DNA of 35,353 nt from Sphingomonadales bacterium (GTDB lineage Bacteria; Pseudomonadota; Alphaproteobacteria; Sphingomonadales; Sphingomonadaceae). The translations under genes were made by a program, and so were the position numbers. Within the stretch, counting starts at the first letter, position 1. The number at the start of each line of letters is the position of its first letter. The stretch spans positions 1 to 35,353 of the forward strand of contig JAYTAR010000038.1 of NCBI GenBank assembly GCA_043737455.1, in the 5' to 3' direction. Of this stretch, positions 25,196 to 34,627 are shown one piece after another. The notes under the pieces were generated by a model. The model ran no database searches and was not told the origin of the DNA. It was given only the letters and a program-made list of their open reading frames with translations.

Positions 25196-27502
25196 TCAGC
25201 GTTTGCGACCGCGTCGCGCGGGAGCGAGAGTGATCTCGCCATCCTGGGTGATCCTCTCTTCACCCGCGCCCATACGCACATCAGCGTCGCGCACGAGCTT
25301 GCCAAAGTCGAGGCTTGTCGCTTGCTCGACCGCAGCGATCGTCGAGAGAAAGTCCCGGACCTTGTCGAGCTCGTCCTCGTCCATATAGGCTTCGGAATCC
25401 CCCAGGGACTCCCCACTCGTGAACAACGCCTCTGGCCATACGTCGATGACCTGACTCTGGTCGGCGATCATGGCGAGCGCACGCAGTTCGCCGCCTTCCG
25501 ACCAGAGCGTCACTTTGAAGAAGCGCCCCGGGATCGGGACGCCGCGGAACGGGCGATCTCCGTCGGTGAAGATAGGTCCGGAGAAGGACGTGACGCGCTG
25601 CTTTTCGGCGACGGCGTTGCGCAGGACGTAATTCTCGACGGAGCGCCAGAGCAAACCACGGCCCGTGCCCGGCTTGTTTCTGGCCGCGGTCCCCTGGTTG
25701 AAGAAACCGACCTGCGGGCAGGCATTGGTCCAGTGGAAGCTGTCGGCTTCGGCCGCCAGCGCCATCGCATCCTCGCCCCAGCAGGGATCCAGCCGGCGGA
25801 CCAGATGACCCTTTTGGAAGATGCGGGCGATCCGCTTATGGTCCTTGGGATTGGGAAAGCCGGCGACCACCTGCTTGGCGTAGAAGGGTTCGCCGACATA
25901 TTCGTCCGCACCAATGCGCGGATCGCGCCGCCAGCTGTCGGCCTCGGCGTCGGTCGGCATGGCCTCGAGCCCGGCGCTGTCGGGTGTTAGCGGTTTTACC
26001 GTCTTGGTATCGCGGTCGATCTCCTTCGCGCTCTCGCCATCGATATTGCAGGCCGTGAAGAAGGCGACCTTCCGCCGCGCGTTCATCACCACGCTGAAAT
26101 GATGATATTTGAGCTCGTGGGGATCGTCGCCGGCCTCGGCGACTGTGTTGAGCGCGGCCTGCTTGGCCAGCGCCTCGGGTAACGTCGGCAGGGGAATATC
26201 GAACCCGGGAATGAACCGGCGCTTGTAACCGATACGATCGCGATAACGGTCGGCCGCCGCGTTTTCGGATCGAACCGTCTTGTCGACCGCCGCCTGTGCG
26301 GGACCGGCTGCTGCGGGCACTGGCGGTGTGGCGAGGCCCGGAATCTGAACGGATATCTCCAGTGGGATCGTCCAGCTAACCCGCCCGTTCGCGTCGACAG
26401 TCGGTGACGAGCCCGGCCTGGCGGACTGCGCCTCGCGCGGTTCGAGACGCATCGGGTTGGTCTCGGGCATCTCGCCCATGTCGAGCGCGGCGGCGATCCG
26501 CTCGCGCGCCGGGCTTGGCAGGTCGGGCAGGCGCCGGCGGAGGTCCCGCACGATCGCGCTGATGCGGATGCCCTCATTGACGTCCACCCGCGCCGGCGTG
26601 TCATCGTCGCCGAACACGTCGCGCCAGGGGCCGCCCCAGTGATGGAGCGCGATCGGGCGCCATTCGGTGTTGAAGACTGGGCTGCCTGACGAGCCCGGCT
26701 CGGTATCCGCAACATAATGGAGCGCATTGTCGTAGCGGCCGACGAGGCGGTTCTCGCGTAGCACGACCTCCTTGTAGCGGCCGCTCGGATGCTGGACGAT
26801 GTTGGCGAATTCTCCGAGCATATGCTTGTCACCCGCGTCGGATAGCCCGCTCCAGCCAAAGGACTCGATCGGCAACTTGCCCTGGAGCAATGCGCCGATG
26901 GCGACGATCGTGTAGTCGAGCCCGTCCTGGGTATCGGGATCGGTGACGAAAACGGTGCTATCGATTAGGAAGCGGGTGACCGAACGACGGTTGCCGACAA
27001 GATCGAGTTCATAGTCGAAGTCGATCGCGAGCTGCCCAGTGAGGGCTTGGCTCGGGATGACATGATGATTCGTGATGAACAGGCCGTTGCCGATCAGGAA
27101 TCCGGTGCCGAGCGGGGTCTCATTTCGATAGGCGACCCTGCCGACGGCGCGTGCGATCCGGGCACCTTTTTCCAGGAAGGTCACATTGACGAAATCGACC
27201 GTGTCGCCCCAGATCTTCTCCGCGCCTTCTGCGTTCGGCGTCGTCGCTGCCTTGGCATAGCGCAGATTCATGCCTTCTGAATCCGTTGCCGGCTTCGCTG
27301 CGACGTCGCGTATAGAGGCATCGACCGCCTCGGCTTCGCGCTGGGTGAGATGCGCCTTGCTCTGGAGTCGCGCCACACGCCGTGCAGAATCGGGTTCGGC
27401 CGCGAGCGGATTGCCCTCTTGCGCCGCCGTGATCGAATGCGCGATTTCGTTATGATTGGCGCGGATGCGTGCCTTGATTGCTTCTTCGGATGCCGGTCTC
27501 AT
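25196..27502 (-). CDS. Trypsin-like serine protease fused to a DNA/RNA non-specific (EndoG/NucA) endonuclease
   Basis: Protease: GTGFLIG, ITNHHV, LDY, TEPGSSGSPV, IALHH. Nuclease: LKYHHFSVVM, QKGHLVRR, TNACPQ..FNQ, WRSVENY, IPGRFFKV. GGGAGGGG RBS. Confidence 0.93.
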   Translation of the reverse strand: MRPASEEAIKARIRANHNEIAHSITAAQEGNPLAAEPDSARRVARLQSKAHLTQREAEAVDASIRDVAAKPATDSEGMNLRYAKAATTPNAEGAEKIWGDTVDFVNVTFLEKGARIARAVGRVAYRNETPLGTGFLIGNGLFITNHHVIPSQALTGQLAIDFDYELDLVGNRRSVTRFLIDSTVFVTDPDTQDGLDYTIVAIGALLQGKLPIESFGWSGLSDAGDKHMLGEFANIVQHPSGRYKEVVLRENRLVGRYDNALHYVADTEPGSSGSPVFNTEWRPIALHHWGGPWRDVFGDDDTPARVDVNEGIRISAIVRDLRRRLPDLPSPARERIAAALDMGEMPETNPMRLEPREAQSARPGSSPTVDANGRVSWTIPLEISVQIPGLATPPVPAAAGPAQAAVDKTVRSENAAADRYRDRIGYKRRFIPGFDIPLPTLPEALAKQAALNTVAEAGDDPHELKYHHFSVVMNARRKVAFFTACNIDGESAKEIDRDTKTVKPLTPDSAGLEAMPTDAEADSWRRDPRIGADEYVGEPFYAKQVVAGFPNPKDHKRIARIFQKGHLVRRLDPCWGEDAMALAAEADSFHWTNACPQVGFFNQGTAARNKPGTGRGLLWRSVENYVLRNAVAEKQRVTSFSGPIFTDGDRPFRGVPIPGRFFKVTLWSEGGELRALAMIADQSQVIDVWPEALFTSGESLGDSEAYMDEDELDKVRDFLSTIAAVEQATSLDFGKLVRDADVRMGAGEERITQDGEITLAPARRGRKR

Positions 27503-28136
27503 AGAATCCCCTCCCGCTTGCGGCTAAAGACATAGCAGATTGCCGATGCGCACTCGACTCTTGTTGCGTGACATCTTCGCGTTAGCGGTTGAGCAGAAAG
27601 CCTTGATTGCCGTGCTGGCGCTTGGAACTGGTTCAATCTGGAGACTGGGTCTCGCCGGAACGGCAGATATTCTTCAACCCGGAGGTTAGTTGCCGATAAG
27701 CGTAACGTCGGCTTTACGTCGGCTGCAGTCGCCAACTTTGCCGCCGTTTGGCGTTCGCTCCGTCAATCCTGAAAGCGGTCATGCGTTCATAGCGGTTTGC
27801 TAGAACGCGAACGACAGGCATTGGTCCGGTGGGCATAGTTATGGGTTGCGCGCTCATCGCCAGCGCATTTCTTTGCCTTGATCTCGGCGCGGAACGATTA
27901 ATCGAGGACGGCGAAAATGCTAAGCATCGGGTCGCTTTAGGGAAGCGATAGGCGGACGCCGCTTATCTCAACATTGGCAATCCGCCAATCGAGGAGTTGT
28001 CGATCTGGGGATGCGGAAGGACAGTCGAAGATTTTAACAAACATGGCATCGTTGGGGAGTCCGGGCAAAAAATTGGCCACGGTGCCGATAGAGTTGGCGA
28101 GTTGATCATGCGGCCCGATGCGGGCACTGAGCCACG

Positions 28137-31100
28137 ATGGAGCCGGGAGAATTCATCGCCAAATGGTTTGGCAAAAAGGGCGGTGCCGAGCGCGCCAATT
28201 TCCACCAATTCGTCAACGATTTCTGTAACGCGCTCGCCCTGCCGGTTCCCGATGCCGCAGAAGGCGGCGTGCTCGGCGAGTACCAATTCGAAGGGCCAGT
28301 GCCGGGCGGATCGTTCCGGTCGCTGAAGGCGTCGGGCTTCATCGATCTCTACAAGCAGGGCTGCTTCATCCTCGAAGCCAAGCAGTCCTACCTGCGCGAT
28401 GGACAGGCCGAGCCACCGCGCAGCGACGGCAACGGCTATGACCGGCTGATGCGCGATGCCTACGCTCAGGCACGCAACTACGCCGCCTATCTGCCCGCCG
28501 ACCGACCGATGGTGCCGTTCCTGATCGTCGCCGACATCGGGCGCGCGTTCGAGATCTATTTCGATTATGCGGGCAACGGGCGCGGGTTCGACCCCTTCCC
28601 CGATCCGCAGAATTACCGCATCACGCTCGATCGGCTGACCGACCCCGATGTCGTCAAGCGCCTGCGCGCGATCTGGACCGACCCAGCGTCTATCGACCCG
28701 CGCCGCCTGTCTGCCGAAGTATCGCGCCGCGTCGCGCTGCAACTCGCCGATGTCAGCAGTGCGCTCGAACGGCGCGTGCGCGCAAACCCCGAACAGGTGG
28801 CGGAAGCATCGCTGTTCCTGATGCGCATCCTGTTCTGCATGTTCGCCGAAGACGTGGGGCTGCTGCCCAAGGATAAGTTCAAGGGGTTCCTCGAATCCTC
28901 GCTCGACGACGATGCGCTGTTCAAGCGCGGCCTTGCCGACCTGTGGGAGAATATGGGGCAGCATAACCGTGCCGACCGCTGGTCCTACGCAGTCAGCGAG
29001 ACGGTGCGCTATTTCAATGGCGGCCTGTTCAAGAGCGCCGAAGTGTTCACGCTCATCAGGAGCGACCGCGAATTGTTGCTCGATGCGGCCAAGGCCAACT
29101 GGGCGAATGTCGAACCTGCGATCTTCGGCACGCTGCTGGAGGCCGCGCTGAAAGGGGAGCGCGACAAGCTCGGCGCGCATTACACCCCGCGTCCCTATGT
29201 CGAGCGGCTGGTGCGCGCGACCTTCATCGACGAGCTGGAGGCCGAATGGGCGGGCATCGAAGAGGCGGCACGAACGCTGTCTGCGGACGAGGCACTCGCC
29301 CGGGCGTCGTCGTTTCACGACAAGCTAGCCACACTGAAAATCCTCGATCCGGCGTGCGGCACCGGGAATTTCCTCTATGTGTCGATGGAGTTGCTGCTGC
29401 GGCTGGAATTGCGGCTGGTGAAACTCATCCGCGACCTCGGCGGCACCGAACCATTGCGAGTCAGCCCGCATCAGTTCTTCGGCCTGGAACTCAATACGCG
29501 CGCAGCGAAGATTACCGAATTGGTGCTGTGGATTGGCTGGCTGCGCAATCGTATCGCTAACGATCCCGATGCCGTACCCGATCCGGTGCTGGCAACGCTG
29601 GCGACGATCAATCTCGGCACGCTCGACTGTTTCGATTCCGTCGTGCGGCATGCGCTGATCGCAGTGCCGGAGACTGGGCGCTTCCTGCTGGGCGTTCCCG
29701 ATGCAAACGATCCCGGCCCGCCCGACTGGCCCGAAGCCGATTACATTATCGGCAACCCGCCGTTTTCGGGCGGCAAGGATCTCCGCAGCGATCTGGGCGA
29801 TGATTATACCGAGGCGCTGTGGCGCGCGAACCCGGATGTTGGGCGCTCGGCCGATCTGGTCATGCACTTCTGGAACCGCGCGGCGGATATCCTGACGCGT
29901 CCCGGCACGCGATTAAAACGCTTCGGGTTCGTAACGACCAATTCGATCACGCAGGAATTTTCGCGCCGCGTTATCGCGGCGCGGCTGGATTCGCTGTCGG
30001 TCGTGATGGCGATCCCCGATCACCCTTGGGTGAAGCTGCCGCGCGAGGAAAAGGTCAAGGGTGTTAAACGTCAGGGCGAAAAATCGCTAAAACTGGCGAA
30101 GATGGCGGCCGTTCGAATTGCGATGACGGTTGCGGAAGCAGGCGCGGGCAAGCCGGGGCGGCTGTTCGAAGTCGAGAGCGAAAGCGGTCTTGATACCGAT
30201 ACGCCTGCAATACACTTTTTCTATGATACAGGACTTGAAGCGGTCATCAATGCTGATCTTAGCATCGGTGCCGACGCAAGCAGTGTCCTTCCGTTAATTG
30301 CTAATCGAGGGTTGGGCCATCGCGGGGTCCAATTAATAGGGGCAGGCTTTATTGTCCTACCCACATGCGCTCGGCAAAAGCTTGGCTTAGGTATGCGTGA
30401 GGGGCTGGAAAGCTACATAAGGCCTTACGTAAATGGCCGCGACATCGTTCAAAAGTCTCGCGAAAAGTGGGTTATCGACCTTTTCGGCCTGCTCGAAACC
30501 GAAGTTATGGACCGCTTTCCTGAGATTTACGATCACGTAAAAGTGGAAGTCTATAATAAGAAGTGGAACCCTAAGGCGCACAAGGGAAAAGGCGCGTGGG
30601 AAGGTCGCGAGGTAAATAATCGCGAGAGTTACAAGCGCAATTGGTGGATTTTTGGAGAGCCCCGGGCGGACCTTCGCCCCGCCCTTGTCGGGTTGCAGCG
30701 TTACATTGCGACGGTCGAGACCGCAAAACACCGGGTATTTCAGTTTCTTGATGCAGGCGTCGTGCCTGACAACAAGCTCATCGTCATCTGCACCGATGAT
30801 GCCTTTTATCTCGGCGTGCTGTCGTCCCGGATGCATGTCGCATGGGCCATTAAAGCGGGAGGTAAGCTGGAAGACCGTCCAGTTTACGTGAAGACTCAAT
30901 GCCTCGATGCATTCCCCTTTCCCGATGCTACGCACGCGCAGCGATGCGAGATCGCCGATATCGCTCAACGCCTCGATGCGACGCGCAAGGCCGCGCTCGC
31001 CGAAACGCCCAGTCTGACAATGACCGAAATCTACAACCTCCGCGCCCGGATCGCGGCGGGCGAACCGCTGACCGGCGATGACCGCGACCGCGCGACCAAA

Positions 31101-31313
31101 GCCCGCGCGCGCATCGTCGATGAACTCCACCGGAAACTCGATGCCGCTGTCGCTGCCGCCTATGGCTGGCCCGACACCCTCGCCCCTGCCGAAATCGTCG
31201 CACGGGTCGTCGCCCTCAATGCAAAGCGCGCGGCAGAAGAAGCGACGGGAAAGATCCGGTGGCTGCGCCCGGACTACCAGAACCGCGCAGCGATCGGCGC
31301 GCCCCAATCCTGA
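28137..31313 (+). CDS. MmeI-like type IIL restriction-modification enzyme (nuclease + N6-adenine methyltransferase + TRD)
   Basis: N-terminal E...FIDLYK..ILEAK, YFNGGLF, EPAIFGTLLE, GAHYTP, LDPACGTGNFL (motif I), GNPPF (motif IV), ETAKHRVF, GVLSSRMH..W, FPFP, LDAAVAAAYGW. Confidence 0.93.
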   Translation: MEPGEFIAKWFGKKGGAERANFHQFVNDFCNALALPVPDAAEGGVLGEYQFEGPVPGGSFRSLKASGFIDLYKQGCFILEAKQSYLRDGQAEPPRSDGNGYDRLMRDAYAQARNYAAYLPADRPMVPFLIVADIGRAFEIYFDYAGNGRGFDPFPDPQNYRITLDRLTDPDVVKRLRAIWTDPASIDPRRLSAEVSRRVALQLADVSSALERRVRANPEQVAEASLFLMRILFCMFAEDVGLLPKDKFKGFLESSLDDDALFKRGLADLWENMGQHNRADRWSYAVSETVRYFNGGLFKSAEVFTLIRSDRELLLDAAKANWANVEPAIFGTLLEAALKGERDKLGAHYTPRPYVERLVRATFIDELEAEWAGIEEAARTLSADEALARASSFHDKLATLKILDPACGTGNFLYVSMELLLRLELRLVKLIRDLGGTEPLRVSPHQFFGLELNTRAAKITELVLWIGWLRNRIANDPDAVPDPVLATLATINLGTLDCFDSVVRHALIAVPETGRFLLGVPDANDPGPPDWPEADYIIGNPPFSGGKDLRSDLGDDYTEALWRANPDVGRSADLVMHFWNRAADILTRPGTRLKRFGFVTTNSITQEFSRRVIAARLDSLSVVMAIPDHPWVKLPREEKVKGVKRQGEKSLKLAKMAAVRIAMTVAEAGAGKPGRLFEVESESGLDTDTPAIHFFYDTGLEAVINADLSIGADASSVLPLIANRGLGHRGVQLIGAGFIVLPTCARQKLGLGMREGLESYIRPYVNGRDIVQKSREKWVIDLFGLLETEVMDRFPEIYDHVKVEVYNKKWNPKAHKGKGAWEGREVNNRESYKRNWWIFGEPRADLRPALVGLQRYIATVETAKHRVFQFLDAGVVPDNKLIVICTDDAFYLGVLSSRMHVAWAIKAGGKLEDRPVYVKTQCLDAFPFPDATHAQRCEIADIAQRLDATRKAALAETPSLTMTEIYNLRARIAAGEPLTGDDRDRATKARARIVDELHRKLDAAVAAAYGWPDTLAPAEIVARVVALNAKRAAEEATGKIRWLRPDYQNRAAIGAPQS

Positions 31314-31735
31314 CAAGGTACCGCCCCGCAGCGCGCACAAAGAAGCTGGTGCCTTCACATTTAGCAGCCTGCAATCGCTCGTACACGCGCTCCCTGCTGC
31401 CTTCAGATGACTGTCCACGCCAACATTGCAGCCGTTTCGCAACCCCAGATTTCCTGCTGGTAACTGACATTCATTCATGCTGCCTATGGGCACTCGTCAT
31501 GACTTAAGGTGACCGATTGCCGACTGGCAGGTTCAGGGCCCGCTGGCGCGCGAAGCGGACATTCGTTGAAAAAATTGCGGGGTAAGAAAGACCCGATAGG
31601 CGACATTCGCAGAGCCATCTTAGCTTACCGATTTCGGCAACTCATTGATTTGCAAATTCCATAAAACCGCTCTGCTTCTAACCGGCGCATGGCTCAGTAT
31701 GAGTCTCGCGATTTAATCGATGGGATCTTATGCGC

Positions 31736-33181
31736 CTAGCGGCCCAGCAGTCGCCGGAAGCTGAATTTCGACTCAGACGCACTCGTCAGCGCAGCGGTTG
31801 CGGTTTTGCCGATGACGGCGGTCAGCGCACCTTCGAAGTCGCGCGTCACGTCGTCATAGCCGGTTTGCGCATGGACGAGCTCGTGCAGCAATGTCCCGGC
31901 GAAGTCCGGCAGCAATGCGAGCTGATCCCGGCGGATAACGATCGAATTCGTCTCTCCGTCCCAGAGGCCGAGAGCATCGCGACCGGTCTCGAAGTCGACG
32001 CGCATCGTATTGCTGACCCGAACAGCCTGCACGCGGGCGGGCAGGCCGCCCATCAGATCAACGATCGCCTGCGTCTGGCCGAACACCGCTTGCTCGCCAG
32101 GCGCTAGTGTGCCCGGCTCAACAAAGTCGAACACAAAGCTGTTATTCCACTCCGATTGATATTGGCTGAGGTCGCGGATCGGTGCGCCAGACAGGTCGGT
32201 CATGCCCGAAACTTCCTGCTGGATCGTGTCGGGGATCGTGATGATGCGGATACCGTCCCCGCGAGCATGATCGACGGCTGACGAATTGCTCATCAGCTGG
32301 TTCGCGGTCACGAATAGATAGTCGCCGCTGCCGCTAAGGATTCGCACCGCATGGACCGCGACTTCTTTCCAGCGAACCTCGTCGCTGCTTTCGCCAGATT
32401 GCATCGCCTGAAGCTGGCACGCCAGCTCCTCGGCGATCTCGCTCGCAGTCGCATTGAGCAGCATCTGCTTCACGCGGTCGGAGTAGGCCGTGCGTCCGAC
32501 ATTGGTTCGCTCGCGGTTGAGCGCCTTGCGCATCGGCTCGGTCAGCGCAGTGATGTTGTAGGAGAAAGCGAAGTTTTCCTCCTCGGCGACAAGCAGGCCG
32601 GCGACATAGATTCTGGCCGCTGCTCCCGCTTTGCGGCGGAGGATGTCACCGATCTTAGTGGTCTCAAGCAGATCCTCTTCGGAAAAGTGGAGGAAGAAGC
32701 CTTTAGCCCTTTCCATTTGCTCGTCGCTCAAGCCGCGCAGCACAATCATCGTGCCGGCCATTGTCGGATCGGACGACGGCTGAACGGCCGCATGCAGTGT
32801 CACCACATCGGCGAAATCGCGCTTGGCAACCTGAACGAGCGTGATCTCACCATGTGCCGAGCGAACGTCGACTTGGACGCCATTGCGATAGAGCGTCGCC
32901 ATCGCATCCTTCAGGCCAACACCGAATTTACCGATCACCTTCCCGGAATTCTGAAGCTTCTCGACATTCTCATTCTGCGTGAAGTGCTCGTAACGCAGCC
33001 CGCGACCATAATCGCGGATGATCCAGCTGCCATCGTCGGCCTTCAACACCGCAATGTCACCGGTCGCGCTGAGCTGCTGCTCGTCAATCGCGTTCGCGAT
33101 CAGCTCGCGAACCGCATGGGCGCTTTCCCAGGCTTCAAGGATTTTCTCGATGTTGAGATCGAACAGACGTGCTTCCGTCAT
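31736..33181 (-). CDS. GHKL (HATPase)-type ATP-binding protein with a C-terminal HExxH zincin-like motif
   Basis: AVRELIANAIDE (N box), IRDYGRGL (G1), GKFGVGLKDA (G2), GTMIVL; C-terminal ALGLWDGETNSIVI..TLLHELVHAQTG. ATGA overlap with the upstream gene. Confidence 0.88.
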   Translation of the reverse strand: MTEARLFDLNIEKILEAWESAHAVRELIANAIDEQQLSATGDIAVLKADDGSWIIRDYGRGLRYEHFTQNENVEKLQNSGKVIGKFGVGLKDAMATLYRNGVQVDVRSAHGEITLVQVAKRDFADVVTLHAAVQPSSDPTMAGTMIVLRGLSDEQMERAKGFFLHFSEEDLLETTKIGDILRRKAGAAARIYVAGLLVAEEENFAFSYNITALTEPMRKALNRERTNVGRTAYSDRVKQMLLNATASEIAEELACQLQAMQSGESSDEVRWKEVAVHAVRILSGSGDYLFVTANQLMSNSSAVDHARGDGIRIITIPDTIQQEVSGMTDLSGAPIRDLSQYQSEWNNSFVFDFVEPGTLAPGEQAVFGQTQAIVDLMGGLPARVQAVRVSNTMRVDFETGRDALGLWDGETNSIVIRRDQLALLPDFAGTLLHELVHAQTGYDDVTRDFEGALTAVIGKTATAALTSASESKFSFRRLLGR

Positions 33182-34620
33182 TTACCACTCTCCCCCGCCG
33201 CCGGTTTCCGGCAAAGATTCTCTGAAAGAAAGCCGAAAAGTCGCTGCTCGTCTTCCGCAAGCTGGAAGCGCGGATCGCGCCGCATTGCTACACGATTGGC
33301 GGAGACCTTGCCCGCCCATTTCCCGCTGGAATCCTGTTTGGCGAGAAGGTGGTGATGTCCGTAAGCGCGCAGCAGGTAGCCGAAGCCCATAAGGAGCTTT
33401 GGACGTTGGTGGAAAAGATGGTGCGCCACCTCCACTAGCGTATCGTACCCGAAACCAACGGGCTTTCCCGCTTTTGCTGTCTCGATTACCTTCACCATCC
33501 GGATGGGCACGCGCACGTCCGAAGGCGTGCCAAGAAGGTCTGCGCAATAGGCGACCAGATTGTAGTTCAGCTCGGCCCAACGGTGATAATAGCCGACCAA
33601 GTCGTCCACCCGGTCTTCGGCCAAGGCCCACTCAAATATCTCTGTTCGCAATTCGCGCTCGGCCGCTTCCGCCGCGGCGCGCCACGACGCCTCTTTGGCT
33701 GCCGTCTGTTGCGCCCGCAGCCGGCCAAGCTCCGATATGGCCGCGCTCTGGGCTGCTGCGAAATCGAACGCACAGACGGTCTGGCGATCGACATCAATGA
33801 GGAGCTCGTTCCACGGGACAAGCCGCTCGATCCAGTCGTCGATGATTCGCTCGCCCACGATCCGAGGCTGCCGGTGCCAAACGCGCACGACCAGCTGGCT
33901 CGTCGCGATGGAAGCCCCGACGGTCGCATCGTCAACGACAAAGATGTTTGAGTTGTTGCCGAAGAGGATGTCGTCGGTAGTCATTCGCCGATAGCTCGGG
34001 TCGAAACTGGGCAAAACCCAAACGAGCGCCGCCCCTTCCTCCCGGTAAAAGCGTTTCCGCCCGAGGACGACATCAAGGAAGGTCGTGCTGAGCTGCACCT
34101 CGAACGCCGTTCGAAGCTCGCCGCACCGGGCAGATACGTCGGGACGACGCAGGCCGGGCAACCCCTCGCTTGCGCGCCAAGTGGCCTCCACCTGTACCTC
34201 GGAGAAATTGGGATCTGCCGCGAGGCTGCGCACCAGCAGTTCCTTCGTGCGCAGATGTGCGTCACTCTCCTGTGCGCCGCGATATTTCATCGCGCGCATT
34301 TCCGCCTCGGTCAGGCCGCTATGGGTCACAGCCGGACAGGAGCCGTCTTCCGAGCGATGCCGCAGGTAAAAATTCTTGCGCATGCTGCTCGCCAGGAACA
34401 GAGTGACGCCACACATCGGGCAGACCAGACGCGGCCGGCCACGACTGGCCGCGTCCTTAAGGACGCCCCTCAGGCGGATAGCTGCGGCATAATCGAAAGA
34501 GCCGATCAGGCGCTTTGCGTCGAGCAGGCGTCCGGTACGCAGGCTGCGCGCTTCGATGATCGCGGGATCATCGACCGGGGTGGCCCGCGCGCGCGGATCG
34601 ATGGTGACGTTGCCGCCCAT
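33178..34620 (-). CDS. CoiA-like / DUF6035-type protein with a Zn-finger and a PD-(D/E)xK-like nuclease motif
   Basis: CPMCG..YLRHRSEDGSCP, QESDAHLRTK, RRPDV..AFEVQLSTTFLDVV..R..FY. Start placed at ATG 34620, 7 nt after the WYL gene stop. Confidence 0.8.
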   Translation of the reverse strand: MGGNVTIDPRARATPVDDPAIIEARSLRTGRLLDAKRLIGSFDYAAAIRLRGVLKDAASRGRPRLVCPMCGVTLFLASSMRKNFYLRHRSEDGSCPAVTHSGLTEAEMRAMKYRGAQESDAHLRTKELLVRSLAADPNFSEVQVEATWRASEGLPGLRRPDVSARCGELRTAFEVQLSTTFLDVVLGRKRFYREEGAALVWVLPSFDPSYRRMTTDDILFGNNSNIFVVDDATVGASIATSQLVVRVWHRQPRIVGERIIDDWIERLVPWNELLIDVDRQTVCAFDFAAAQSAAISELGRLRAQQTAAKEASWRAAAEAAERELRTEIFEWALAEDRVDDLVGYYHRWAELNYNLVAYCADLLGTPSDVRVPIRMVKVIETAKAGKPVGFGYDTLVEVAHHLFHQRPKLLMGFGYLLRAYGHHHLLAKQDSSGKWAGKVSANRVAMRRDPRFQLAEDEQRLFGFLSENLCRKPAAGESGK

Positions 34621-34627
34621 CGCGCGG

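Noticed and set aside
27963-29318. 451-aa minus-strand ORF (likewise 30387-31493, 32351-33355, 16479-17627, 9069-10145)
   Set aside because: Antisense shadows of well-supported genes, with no recognisable motifs.
31314-31735. Intrinsic terminator or tRNA between the convergent genes
   Set aside because: No clean GC stem with a U tract and no cloverleaf or TTCGA arm pattern found by eye.
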